DNA from: Rhynchopus sp. YZ270_cl-10
Lineage: Eukaryota
Direction of reading: 5' to 3'
Length of the DNA: 64,000 nucleotides
NCBI GenBank assembly: GCA_964035575.1
Contig: OZ037840.1
Coordinates: 124,001-188,000, forward strand
The translations under genes were made by a program, and so were the position numbers. This document shows positions 36,634 through 48,004 of the stretch, piece by piece. Below the pieces are notes generated by a model, which had not been told where the DNA came from, did not search any database, and saw nothing but the letters and a program-made list of their open reading frames with translations. Every line of letters starts with the position of its first letter. Positions within the stretch are counted from its first letter, which is position 1.

Positions 36634-38415
36634 CTACATGCTTTGCAAAGAAGAATTATCAACAAAGACTGCATCCTTCTTGCGCTGTCCCCTGGTGCTA
36701 AAAGGCAAGTACAGAACATCACAGCCCCCAGAAGACGCAACCACGTTCACAGGTGTGTATGCTGGTCCCTTCCTCTCAGCTGCCGCAACATCTTCTGCAG
36801 AGCACTCTCCCCTCATGAAGCTGCGCACTGCCAAGTTGTAGTCCTCCCAGTCCTTCTTCCCGCCAACCACGTACATCCATTCGTCCACCACTGAGGCAGC
36901 CCTGGCTCCTTTTGGAACAACCAACTCAGCAACAACCTCCGCGTCACAGCCGGCAGCAAGCTCGATCTTGCAGGGGATCAGACGCAGTTGGTGTTCGCAC
37001 TCAGCATCGCTGAAGCAGAGGCGGTTGCACAGCACACTGCACCCCAACACACGGCCAGCACGTTCCAGCACGTTCACGTCACGAGCAAGTGTGCCCACCA
37101 TGCTGAAGCGGCGCATCACTTCACACCCCATGTCACCACGCAGCACCTTCCCAGTCGCAACTCCCATGTTCACATGTGGTGCAATGGTGTTGTCATCACC
37201 ACGCAGCAGCAATGTGGCAGCGTGCAGTGCTGAGGTTGCGTGTGACGCACATGCTTTCGACGTGTTGAACGAGCAGTGGATCCTGTCCCCAACAAAGACG
37301 TCCACCATCCCACGACGCACTTCTGTTGCCTGCAACGTCTTCAGAAGAAGAGTTGTGAACAGGTCGGAGAAGCGTGCACTGTCCTCCTCCAAGCGGTGCA
37401 ACGTGTCTTTGATGTTCAGTGTCAGCAGTGTTGCCCTTGTTGAGGACAGATCCAGTGGCTGAACCAATGTCGAGAATAAAGCGAGCCTTGAGCTGTTCTG
37501 TGACACTGTTGATTTGTCAGAGTCACACACGCGAGCATCTTCATTCACCTCCTTCACGTCCTCCTTGTCAAACGGCAGACACGTCTGCGGGAGGTATGCC
37601 TTGTACTTCCGCAGGTTCTCCTCTATACTCTGCAGTGCGTCCCTCATCCCCTCAGGCAGCGCAGCCTCGTGAACCTTCAGCATCTCCGCAACCCCCTCCA
37701 CGTCGTACCCCGCAAGCAGCGACGCAATCTCCTGCACAGTGCTGATCGTCCGCTGCATTGTGTCTTGCTCCTTCAGGATGTCACGTGCAAACCCTCTCGT
37801 CGCGAGGAAGTCGATCACGAACACCAGCACTGCACCCAAGGTGAGCGTCACAGCAGGTTTGGCACACGGGAGCTTATCACAGTTGGCCTTATCTCCAAGG
37901 TAAGTCCTCCTCCCGAACTCACCATCCTGCGGCACAAGACCAGGTAGGTCCAGAAGGCCAAACCTGAAAGACTCTTCCGCAGCCATGACAGCCATCCATG
38001 CAAGCACAACACACACCAACCCAGCAGTGTAACGTGTGGGCACCTGCAACACAAGCAACATGTCCACAATGAGTACCATTGGTGCCCAAAACATGTCACC
38101 ATTACAGCGAGCAATCAGATCGCCAGAAAATACACACGACGCAAACATGTAAGAAACACCAACCACGAAAGGTGTCGTCAACTTCTTCTTGCACAAGATG
38201 TACACCACTGTGAGCAGTGACACGACCACCCCCGCTATCGTGGACCAGCGACGCAGCCCACCATACTGCAACGCAATAAGCAAGAACAACACGTTGAACA
38301 CAAGCGTTGTACAGTTGATCGCAAAGAACAGCCCACGTTTCCTCCTCTCCTTTGCGTCAAGTGTGCCATCCAGCGTCAGTGCACCCTCAATGCAACGTGG
38401 CCACTGCAGCTTCAT
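36634..38415 (-). CDS. Type I cyclase-like protein, copy 7
   Basis: MKLQWPRC start; same motifs as paralogs. Confidence 0.85.
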   Translation of the reverse strand: MKLQWPRCIEGALTLDGTLDAKERRKRGLFFAINCTTLVFNVLFLLIALQYGGLRRWSTIAGVVVSLLTVVYILCKKKLTTPFVVGVSYMFASCVFSGDLIARCNGDMFWAPMVLIVDMLLVLQVPTRYTAGLVCVVLAWMAVMAAEESFRFGLLDLPGLVPQDGEFGRRTYLGDKANCDKLPCAKPAVTLTLGAVLVFVIDFLATRGFARDILKEQDTMQRTISTVQEIASLLAGYDVEGVAEMLKVHEAALPEGMRDALQSIEENLRKYKAYLPQTCLPFDKEDVKEVNEDARVCDSDKSTVSQNSSRLALFSTLVQPLDLSSTRATLLTLNIKDTLHRLEEDSARFSDLFTTLLLKTLQATEVRRGMVDVFVGDRIHCSFNTSKACASHATSALHAATLLLRGDDNTIAPHVNMGVATGKVLRGDMGCEVMRRFSMVGTLARDVNVLERAGRVLGCSVLCNRLCFSDAECEHQLRLIPCKIELAAGCDAEVVAELVVPKGARAASVVDEWMYVVGGKKDWEDYNLAVRSFMRGECSAEDVAAAERKGPAYTPVNVVASSGGCDVLYLPFSTRGQRKKDAVFVDNSSLQSM

Positions 38416-38544
38416 TGCGACAACCCCAGCTGTATGTGATCGTTTTCCTCTTCCTCTCTTCAAGTGTACAAACTGTGTAAAAAACTGTGGGTGTAGTGTG
38501 GTGACAAAGTGTACTGCCAAGTTCTGACCCAAAAAGTGTATGGT

Positions 38545-39706
38545 ACCCAGGTGCCCAACAATGCAATTCAGTCTGGTTTGGACACTTTTGAGCATGTGAA
38601 ATGTGAACAGGTAGGCACGGCTTGAGACGCTGTTCTCAGCAAGAACGGGGCGGAAGCAAAGGAACGGAAGTGCGCATGTGTCTGGTATTGAGTCCATCCT
38701 CATGGTGTTCCACTACTCGACGATGTGGGTGAAGCCTCAAGAGGCAGCACCGATGTGCAGTAAGCAAACTGGAGGACTTCAAACCAGCTGCCAACAACTG
38801 TTACAACTAACTAATAATGGAATGGCTGAAGGGAATCAACTATACTCTGTGTCTCGAAGGACTTGTCCGGTACTGGGAGAAGAGAGACATTGACCACTAA
38901 GGTGACTATACAAAGGCGTCTGCAACTTCTGCACGATGAAAACGGAAATGCACCTGCCTTGTCGACCTATCCACGCCTCGTCAAGGGAGTGTAGATACAT
39001 GGGTTGGGGATGTGGTTGGGAGTGAGAAGTTCTCAGAACGCAGCATTTATTGGTTCAGGTGGAAAAATAGTATAGCCCGTACTGGATTTTTGGGCATTTT
39101 ACGGAATACTTTCTTTTTGTAAACTCATTCACATATTTTGGAAAAAATACAACACCGTCGTTTGTTAGCTATTTCATCGAACTATGATTCATCAGTTGGC
39201 AGATGTACAGACGTGCAGCAAATGTTGGTGGGTTGCCCCATTTGCTCTACGTCTGTAGTTCTGTTTCTGAAAACAATTGTTGTGAGTGAGTACCAGCAAG
39301 AATGCTGACACAACACTTCACATGCCATGCTTCGTTTCAAGCTGTATCGCCCATTGCTTTCGTGAAGAACGCGTCTTTTACGTGCTGCCTGGACAATGGG
39401 ATGGGTTGCAGGAGGCGACTGCTGTGGTTCAATCGGATAGCGGTTGCAGCCAAAAGCATGCTACTGTCAATGGGAGCCTCCTCTGGCACCGAGGGGGTGT
39501 GGCTGTGGTACCTCGGCAGGCGGTGTATATTGCAATACCCTCGCTTTGGCCTGCACTGTCACGTTCACAGGGTATATTGGTCAGGTCATAGTCAGCTCCA
39601 TCGACGAGGCTCTGTTCTGCGCGGGCAGCCTTCGTATCGCACCGGCGTCTGCAAAGGGAGACGTCGGAGACGTACAGGACGAAGTCGTAGAAGTCCTTGA
39701 GCATGG
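38545..39706. repeat. Duplicated intergenic spacer of the cyclase array
   Basis: Near-identical to about 41985-42982, with partial copies at about 44925-45310 and 52710-52790. Confidence 0.8.
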
Positions 39707-41485
39707 CTACATGTCTTCCAAAGAAGAATTATCATCAGGGACAAAGACTGAATCCTTCTTGCGTTGTCTCCTGCAGGTCACAGGCAAGTACAGAACATCA
39801 CAGCCCCCAGAAGACGCAACCACGTTCACAGGTGTGTGTGCTGGTCCCTTCCTCTCAGCTGCCGCAACATCTTCTGCAGAGCACTCTCCCCTCATGAAGC
39901 TGCGCACTGCCAAGTTGTAGTCCTCCCAGTCCTTCTTCCCGCCAACCACGTACATCCACTCGTCCACTGGTGATGTGGTCGTGGCGCCTTTTGGAACAAC
40001 CAACTCAGCAACAACCTCCGCATCACAGCCGGCAGCAAGCTCGATCTTGCAGGGGATCAGACGCAGTTGGTGTTCGCATTCACCGTCACTAAAGCAGAGG
40101 CGGTTGCACAGCACACTGCACCCCAACACACGGCCAGCACGTTCCAGCACGTTCACGTCACGAGCAAGTGTGCCCACCATGCTGAAGCGGCGCATCACTT
40201 CACACCCCATGTCACCACGCAGCACCTTCCCAGTCGCAACTCCCATGTTCACGTGTGGTGCAATGTCATCACCTCCACGCACCAACAATGTGGCAGCGTG
40301 CAGTGCTGAGGTTGCGTGTGACGCACATGATTTCGACGTGTTGAACGAGCAGTGGATCCTGTCCCCAACAAAGACGTCCACCATCCCACGACGCACTTCT
40401 GTTGCCTGCAACGTCTTCAGAAGAAGAGTTGTGAACAGGTCGGAGAAGCGTGCACTGTCCTCCTCCAAGCGGTGCAACGTGTCTTTGATGTTCAGTGTCA
40501 GCAGTGTTGCCTTTGTTGAGGACAGATCCAGTGGCTGCACATATGTCACCAGTAAAGCGGCCCTTGAGCTGTTCTGTGACACTGTTGACTGATACGAAGT
40601 CACAGACTCTTTCCTCACCTCCTTCACGTCCTCCTTGTCAAACGGCAGACACGTCTGCGGGAGGTATGCCTTGTACTTCCGCAGGTTCTCCTCTATACTC
40701 TGCAGTGCGTCCCTCATCCCCTCAGGCAGCGCAGCCTCGTGAACCTTCAGCATCTCCGCAACCCCCTCCACGTCGTACCCCGCAAGCAGCGACGCAATCT
40801 CCTGCACAGTGCTGATCGTCCGCTCCATTGTTGCCTGCTCCTTCAGGATCGCCCTTGCAAACCCTCTCGTTGCGATGAAGTCAACAACGAACACCAGCAC
40901 TGCACCCAAGGTGAGCGACACAGAAGGCGTTGCACACGGCAGCGTATCACAGTTGGTCCTATCGTATGCAGCCGCCCTCCTCCCCAACTCACCATCCTGC
41001 GGCACAAGACCAGGTAGGTCGAAGATGCCAAACCTGAAGGACTCCTCCAAACACATGACAACCAACCACACAAGCACAACACCCATCAAACCAGCAGTGT
41101 AACGTGTGGGCACTTGCATCACGAGCAACAAGTCCACAATGAGCACGAGTGGCGCCCAAAACATGGCACTTTTGCAGCGAGCAACCAAATCAGCACAAAA
41201 TACACACAACGCAAACATGTAAGCAACACCAACCACGAAAGGTGTCGTCAACTTCTTCTTGCACAAGATGTACACCACTGTGAGCAGTGACGTGACTGCC
41301 GTTGCTATTGCGGACCACCTACGCAGCCCATCGTACTTAAGCGCACTAAGCGAGGTCAACACGTTGAATACAAGCGATGTGCAGTTGATCGCGAAGAACA
41401 GCTCCCGCTTCCTCCTCTCCTTTGCGTCAAGTGTGCCATCCAGCGTCAGTGCACCCTCAACACAACGTGGCCACTGCAGCTTCAT
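39707..41485 (-). CDS. Type I cyclase-like protein, copy 8
   Basis: MKLQWPRC start; same motifs as paralogs. Confidence 0.85.
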   Translation of the reverse strand: MKLQWPRCVEGALTLDGTLDAKERRKRELFFAINCTSLVFNVLTSLSALKYDGLRRWSAIATAVTSLLTVVYILCKKKLTTPFVVGVAYMFALCVFCADLVARCKSAMFWAPLVLIVDLLLVMQVPTRYTAGLMGVVLVWLVVMCLEESFRFGIFDLPGLVPQDGELGRRAAAYDRTNCDTLPCATPSVSLTLGAVLVFVVDFIATRGFARAILKEQATMERTISTVQEIASLLAGYDVEGVAEMLKVHEAALPEGMRDALQSIEENLRKYKAYLPQTCLPFDKEDVKEVRKESVTSYQSTVSQNSSRAALLVTYVQPLDLSSTKATLLTLNIKDTLHRLEEDSARFSDLFTTLLLKTLQATEVRRGMVDVFVGDRIHCSFNTSKSCASHATSALHAATLLVRGGDDIAPHVNMGVATGKVLRGDMGCEVMRRFSMVGTLARDVNVLERAGRVLGCSVLCNRLCFSDGECEHQLRLIPCKIELAAGCDAEVVAELVVPKGATTTSPVDEWMYVVGGKKDWEDYNLAVRSFMRGECSAEDVAAAERKGPAHTPVNVVASSGGCDVLYLPVTCRRQRKKDSVFVPDDNSSLEDM

Positions 41486-42982
41486 TGCAACAACCCCAGC
41501 TGTCTGTGTCAAGAATGCGACAGCCGCTTGGTCGACCTTTTCCCTTTCTTCAAGTGTAAAAACTGTGGGTGCAGTGTGGTGACAAAGTGTACTACCAAGT
41601 TGTGACCCTTTTATAGTCCCTTTTGTAAACCACATTGTTTTGTTCTTCCTTTTTGCTTTCAACCTTTTTTATTCATTTACTTTTTTGTTGTTTGGGAGAC
41701 ACGCCCCACGTGTCGGTTCTGTGGAAAGACCAGCACGGAACCACCTGTGTGCTGCCCCTTTTCATGTCTATCCATGAAAACTGAATCACGAGTGATACCG
41801 GGAAAAAAAGTTTGTAAATTGCGGAAGACGCAAAACAAACTCGCGAACGAAAAAAGAGTTTTTTCTGCGTAGCGGTGGTAATGGGGAGAATAAAACATTA
41901 CGAAAAAACCTCCACTCTCATTTCGCAAGCTTCATTTCCGTTTTGGTTTTCTCCTCACAAAAAAAAAAATATCGTCCCCTGGACCCCAGGTGCCCAAAAA
42001 TGCAATTCAGTCTGGTTTGGACACTTTTGAGCATGTGAAATGTGAACAGGTAGGCACGGCTTGAGACGCTGTTCTCAGCAAGAACGGGGCGGAAGCAAAG
42101 GAACGGAAGTGCGCATGTGTCTGGTATTGAGTCCATCCTCATGGTGTTCCGCTCGCGAGGAGAGAGACATGGATCATTTAGGTGAAGACGACACGGAAGG
42201 CGTCTGCAACTTCTGCACGATGAAAACGGAAATGCACCTGACCTTGTCGACCTATCCACGCCTAGTCAAGGGAGTGTAGATACATGGGTTGGGGATGGGG
42301 TTGGGAGTGAGAAGTTCTCAGAACGCAGCTTCTATTAGTTCAGGTGGAAAAATAGTATAGCCCGTACAGGATTTTTGTGCACTTTACGGGATACTTTCTT
42401 TTTGTAAACTCATTCACATATTTTGGAAAAAATACAACACCGTCGTTTGTTAGCTATTTCATCGAACTATGATTCATCAGTTGGCAGATGTACAGACGTG
42501 CAGCAAATGTTGGTGGGTTGCCCCATTTGCTCTACGTCTGTAGTTCTGTTTCTGAAAATAATTGTTGTGAGTGAGTACCAGCAGGAATGCTGACACAACA
42601 CTTCACATGCCATGCTTCGTTTCAAGCTGTATCGCCCATTGCTTTCGTGAAGAACGCGTCTTGTACGTGCTGCCTGGACAATGGGATGGGTTGCAGGAGG
42701 CGACTGCTGTGGTTCAATCGGATAGCGGTTGCAGCCAAAAGCATGCTACTGTCAATGGGAGCCTCCTCTGGCACCGAGGGGGTGTGGCTGTGGTACCTCG
42801 GCAGGCGGGGTAAATTGCAATACCCTCGCTTTGGCCTGCACTGTCACGTTCACAGGGTATATTGGTCATGTCATAGCCAGCTCCATCGACGAGGCTCTGC
42901 TCTGCGCGGGCAGCCTTCGTATCGCACCGGCGTCTGCAAAGGGAGACGTACAGGACGAAGTCGTAGAAGTCCTTGAGCATGG

Positions 42983-44767
42983 CTACATGTCTTCCAAAGA
43001 AGAATTATCAACAAAGATTGAATCCTTCTTGCGTTGTCTCCTGCAGGTCACAGGCAAGTACAGAACATCACAGCCCCCAGAAGACGCAACCACGTTCACA
43101 GGTGTGTGTGCTGGTCCCTTCCTCTCAGCTGCCGCAACATCTTCTGCAGAGCACTCTCCCCTCAAGAAGCTGCGCACTGCCAAGTTGTAGTCCTCCCAGT
43201 CCTTCTTCCCGCCAACCACGTACATCCACTCCTCCACTGGTGATGTGGTCGTGGCGCCTTTTGGAACAACCAACTCAGCAACAACCTCCGCATCACAGCC
43301 GGCAGCAAGCTCGATCTTGCAGGGGATCAGACGCAGTTCATGTTCGCATTCTCCTTCGCTGAAGCAGAGGCGGTTGCACAGCACACTGCACCCCAACACA
43401 CGGCCAGCACGTTCCAGCACGTTCACGTCACGAGCAAGTGTGCCCATCATGCTGAAGCGGCGCATCACTTCACACCCCATGTCACCACGCAGCACCTTCC
43501 CAGTCGCAACTCCCATGTTCACATGTGGTGCAATGTCATCATCATCACGTAGCAGCAATGTGGCAGCGTGCAGTGCTGAGGTTGCGTGTGACGCACATGT
43601 TTTCGACGTGTTGAACGAGCAGTGGATCCTGTCCCCAACAAAGACGTCCACCATCCCACGAAACACTTCTGTTGCCTGCAACGTCTTCAGAAGAAGAGTT
43701 GTGAACAGGTCGGAGAAGCGTGCACTGTCCTCCTCCAAGCGGTGCAACGTGTCTTTGATGTTCAGTGTCAGCAGTGTTGCCTTTGTTGAGGACAGACCCA
43801 GTGGCTGTGCACGCATTGCTGTCACCGGCAATGCAGTGCCCCGTGAGCTTGTATCATGTGACACTGTTGACTGATACGAAGTCACAGACTCCTTCCTCAC
43901 CTCCTTCGCAACCTCCTTGTCAAACGGCAGACACGTCTGCGGGAGGTATGCCTTGTACTTCCGCAGGTTCTCCTCTATACTCTGCAGTGCGTCCCTCATC
44001 CCCTCAGGCAGCGCAGCCTCGTGAACCTTCAGCATCTCCGCAACCCCCTCCACGTCGTACCCCGCAAGCAGCGACGCAATCTCCTGCACAGTGCTGATCG
44101 TCCGCTCCATTGTTGCCTGCTCCTTCAGGATGTCACGTGCAAACCCTCTCGTTGCGATGAAGTCAGCAACGAACACCAGCACTGCACCCAAAGTGCGCGA
44201 CACAGTGGTTGTGGCACACGGGAGCGTATCACAGTTGGTCCTATCGTATGCAGCCGCCCTCCTCCCGAACTCACCATCCTGCGGCACAAGACCAGGTAGG
44301 TCGAAGATGCCAAACCTGAAGGACTGCTCCGTGGACATGAGAGCCAACCACACAAGCACAACACACACCAACCCAGCAGTGTAACGTGTGGGCACCTGCA
44401 TCACGAGCAACATGTCCACAACGAGCACGAGCGGTGCCCAATACATGGTACCATTGCAGCGAGCAAGCAGATCGGCACAAAATATAAACAACGCAAACAT
44501 GTAACAAACACCAACCACGACAGGTGTCGTCAACTTCTTCTTGCACAAGATGTGCACCACCGTGAGCAGTGACGTGACTCCCGCTGATATCGTGGTCCAC
44601 CTGCGCAGCCCACCGTGCTTAAACCCAATAAACGAGAACAACACGTTAAATACAAGCCACGCACAGTTGATCGCAAGGAACAACCCACGTTTCCTCCTCT
44701 CCTTCCTGTCAAGTGTGCCATCCAGCGTCAGTGCACCCTCAATGCAACGTGGCCACTGCAGCTTCAT
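42983..44767 (-). CDS. Type I cyclase-like protein, copy 9
   Basis: MKLQWPRC start; same motifs as paralogs. Confidence 0.85.
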   Translation of the reverse strand: MKLQWPRCIEGALTLDGTLDRKERRKRGLFLAINCAWLVFNVLFSFIGFKHGGLRRWTTISAGVTSLLTVVHILCKKKLTTPVVVGVCYMFALFIFCADLLARCNGTMYWAPLVLVVDMLLVMQVPTRYTAGLVCVVLVWLALMSTEQSFRFGIFDLPGLVPQDGEFGRRAAAYDRTNCDTLPCATTTVSRTLGAVLVFVADFIATRGFARDILKEQATMERTISTVQEIASLLAGYDVEGVAEMLKVHEAALPEGMRDALQSIEENLRKYKAYLPQTCLPFDKEVAKEVRKESVTSYQSTVSHDTSSRGTALPVTAMRAQPLGLSSTKATLLTLNIKDTLHRLEEDSARFSDLFTTLLLKTLQATEVFRGMVDVFVGDRIHCSFNTSKTCASHATSALHAATLLLRDDDDIAPHVNMGVATGKVLRGDMGCEVMRRFSMMGTLARDVNVLERAGRVLGCSVLCNRLCFSEGECEHELRLIPCKIELAAGCDAEVVAELVVPKGATTTSPVEEWMYVVGGKKDWEDYNLAVRSFLRGECSAEDVAAAERKGPAHTPVNVVASSGGCDVLYLPVTCRRQRKKDSIFVDNSSLEDM

Positions 44768-45589
44768 TGCAACAACCCCAACTGTCTGTGTCAAGAATGC
44801 GACACCCGCTTGGTCGACCTTTTCCCTTTCTTCAAGTGTAGAAACTGTGGTGCAGTGTGGTGACAAAGTGTACTGCCAAGTTCTGACCCAAAAAAAATAG
44901 GGGCACGGACATTCTGGTACCATTTAGGTGAAGACGACACGGAAGGCGTCTGCAACTTCTGCACGATGAAAACGGAAATGCACCTGACCTTGTCGACCTA
45001 TCCACGCCTAGTCAAGGGAGTGTAGATACATGGGTTGGGGATGGGGTTCGGAGTGAGAAGTTCTCAGAACGCAGCATTTATTGGTTAGGTGGAAAAATAG
45101 TATAGCCTGTAATGGATTTTTGGGCATTTTACGGAATACTTTCTTTTTGTAAACTCACTCACATATTTTGGAAAAAATACAACACCGTCGTTTGTTAGCA
45201 ATTTCATCGAACTATGATTCATCAGTTGGCAGATGTACAGACGTGCAGCAAACGTTGGTGGGTTGCCCGATCTGCTCTACGTCTGTAGTTATGTTTTTGA
45301 AAACAATTTTTATTTTTGACTCCGTGGTTAACCTCGTATGTGGTTGCGCGGAGTTCGCAGTCGGCCCAGGGAGCCATCGTAACAAGGCTTGACGGCCACA
45401 GACAAACATGACAACGCTAACCACGACTGCACGGCAGAGCGGGGTGCCTTACGGTTCACTAGGGGGGGATCCACATAGATAAAGAAAACAAAAATAACGA
45501 AAGCAAGGAAGAAAACCAGTATATAAAAAAAAAAAAAAGGAAAAAATAATATTGTGAGTGAGTACCAGCAGGAATGCTGACACAACACT

Positions 45590-47746
45590 TCACATGTCAT
45601 GCTTCGTTTCAAACAAGCCGTACTCTCGTTGCGGCAGGACCTGGTACAACCCATCACGTCCTTTGCCCTCAGCCTTCAGCGAAGACTTCAGCGCAGCAGG
45701 AAGCACAGTCCCCAACGGAGGTTCGTACAAACACTGCTTGCCCTCCCGTGCCGTGTCGCACAGCGCCCAGCTTCGGTACACAGTCTGTCCCATCACAGTC
45801 ACAAAGCGTTGCTTACGAGCACCAACATCTCCGAGCCGCACTGCACCCGTCACAAGCCCTGCACCAGACAGCACTGCAGTTCTCAAAAGGCGTTGTGCAA
45901 ACCGCACTGCGTTCTCCATGTGTGCAGGTGCTGGGCGGGTCAGGTTCCACCCAACACACACACGGCTCCCGAGCAGCGTCACCAAGGTCCCACCGTTCTG
46001 GTCCAGTACGACTGTGAGTGTGGAGAGGCCCACACTCAGGTTGCGGAGTGACGTATGATCGCAGTCCTCGTCTCCAGCAAGATGCACAGTGCCCACAGTT
46101 GCGTCAAAGGGAATAGACCAAGCATCCCCGAAACCAGACGGGGCTTCATCGCACACTGGGCTTGATTTCAAACTGAGGGAAGAGTCGTGCTTATGAAGGG
46201 ACGTCCCCTGCTTCAGTGCGACAGGTTCTTTGAGGGGAGTCTGCCTTCGTCCCGCAAGTGACAAAGGCCACACGCAGCAAATGAACGTTAGCCCTGACAC
46301 ACCCTTCAAGTCCAGTGCCTCCGCATCCCCAACAACAGCAGAGCAAGACATGCACTCGGCTGTGTACAGGTTAGAAGGCACAGCCACAGCACCAGGCTTG
46401 CATGCGCTCTCAAGGCGGGCAGCAACGTTCACCGTGTGGCCAAAGTAGTCTGTCCGTCCCGTCAGTGCGTTCTCTTCCACAGTCACAGGGCCGCTGTTCA
46501 CACCAATGCGCACAGTCAGTCCACCCCAAAGTGGTCCCTGTTCAGCACAGATGGATACATCTTCGAGGAGTGAGGCAGGCCATGAAGCACCACGCAGGAG
46601 TTCGTGCACACTCAGGCCAAAGTTCACTCCGTCCTGTGTTGACGTGAAGGCAACCATGAAGGCGTCGCCGATTGTCTTCACTTCGTACCCTCCGAACATC
46701 CCCATCACCTCACGCATCACAGTGTTGTGTATCTTCAGTCCAGCACGCATCCCATCAGGTGCGTGCTCCCAGATAGATGTTGACGAACGTATGTCTGTGA
46801 ACGCAAGGGTTGCTGTCTCGCTCGTTAGTCCCGGTGCCTCCACACACAACCGTTGCAGTACACTCCGCTGGTCCCTGTCACCGTCCTCCTCCATCTCCAT
46901 CTCCTCAAACAGCGCAGCAGGAAGGTAGGGCTTGTACTTCCGCAGGTTCTCCTCCATTGTCTGCAGCGTCTCGTACATCTCCTCAGGCAGCTCTGAGCCG
47001 CGTGCCGCAAGCATCCGTGCCACACCTTCCACGTCGTACTTCGCAAGCAGCGACGCAATCTCCTGCACAGTGCTGATCGTCCGCTCCATTGTTGCCTGCT
47101 CCTTCACAATCGCCCTTGCAAACCCTCTCGTTGCGATGAAGTCAGCAACGAACACCAGCACTGCACCCACGGTCATGGTCGCAGCAGGTTTGGCACACGG
47201 GAGCTTCTCACAATTGCTCCTCTCCTCGAGGTGAGTCCTCCTCCCGAACTCACCATCCTGCGGCACAAGACCAGGTAGGTCGAAGATGCCAAACCTGAAG
47301 GAATCTTCCGCAGCCATGAGAGCCAACCACACAAGCACAACACACACCAACCCAGCAGTGTAACGTGTGGGCACCTGCATTACGAGCAACATGTCTAAAA
47401 CGAGCACGAGTGGTGCCCAGTATGTATCACCGTTGCAGCGAGCAATCAGATCAGCACAAAATACTATCAACGCAACGACATAACAAACACCAACCACGAA
47501 AGGTGTCGTCAACTTCTTCTTGCACAAGATGTACACCACCGTGAGCAGTGACGTGACCACCCCTGTTATCGCGAACCAGCGACGCAGCCCATCGTAGTGA
47601 TACAGAGTAGACAGGATCACCAACATGAATACAAGCGATGTAAAGTTGATCGCAAAGAACATCTCCCGCTTCCTCCTATCCTTCCTGTCAAGTGTGCCAT
47701 CCAGCGTCAGTGCATCCTCAACACAACGTGGCCACTGCAGCTTCAT
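45590..47746 (-). CDS. Membrane-anchored adenylyl cyclase with an intact plus a degenerate class III domain (type II, copy 1)
   Basis: Same TM region as type I. First domain has FTDIRSST, YEVKTIGDAFM, VRIGVNSG and TDYFGHTVNVAARLES (both metal Asp, Lys/Asp ATP specifiers, Asn/Arg). Second domain (LVTLLGSRVCVGWN..GLVTGAVRLGDVG..FVTVMGQTV) is degenerate. Confidence 0.9.
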   Translation of the reverse strand: MKLQWPRCVEDALTLDGTLDRKDRRKREMFFAINFTSLVFMLVILSTLYHYDGLRRWFAITGVVTSLLTVVYILCKKKLTTPFVVGVCYVVALIVFCADLIARCNGDTYWAPLVLVLDMLLVMQVPTRYTAGLVCVVLVWLALMAAEDSFRFGIFDLPGLVPQDGEFGRRTHLEERSNCEKLPCAKPAATMTVGAVLVFVADFIATRGFARAIVKEQATMERTISTVQEIASLLAKYDVEGVARMLAARGSELPEEMYETLQTMEENLRKYKPYLPAALFEEMEMEEDGDRDQRSVLQRLCVEAPGLTSETATLAFTDIRSSTSIWEHAPDGMRAGLKIHNTVMREVMGMFGGYEVKTIGDAFMVAFTSTQDGVNFGLSVHELLRGASWPASLLEDVSICAEQGPLWGGLTVRIGVNSGPVTVEENALTGRTDYFGHTVNVAARLESACKPGAVAVPSNLYTAECMSCSAVVGDAEALDLKGVSGLTFICCVWPLSLAGRRQTPLKEPVALKQGTSLHKHDSSLSLKSSPVCDEAPSGFGDAWSIPFDATVGTVHLAGDEDCDHTSLRNLSVGLSTLTVVLDQNGGTLVTLLGSRVCVGWNLTRPAPAHMENAVRFAQRLLRTAVLSGAGLVTGAVRLGDVGARKQRFVTVMGQTVYRSWALCDTAREGKQCLYEPPLGTVLPAALKSSLKAEGKGRDGLYQVLPQREYGLFETKHDM

Positions 47747-48004
47747 TGCAACAACCCCAGCTGTCTGTGTCAAGAATGTGAAAGCCGCTTGCCGCTTCTT
47801 CCGTCTAGTGTAGAAACTGTGTGAAAACTGTGGATGCGGTGTGGTGACAAAGTGTACTACCAAGTTCTGACCCAAAAAAAATAGGGGCAAGGACATTCTG
47901 GTACCCCCAAGTGTGACTTTTGGAAAAGTGTATGGGAGGGAGGGGTTCGGTTTTTGAAAATAATTGTTGTGAGTGAGTACCAGCAGGAATGCTGACACAA
48001 CACT

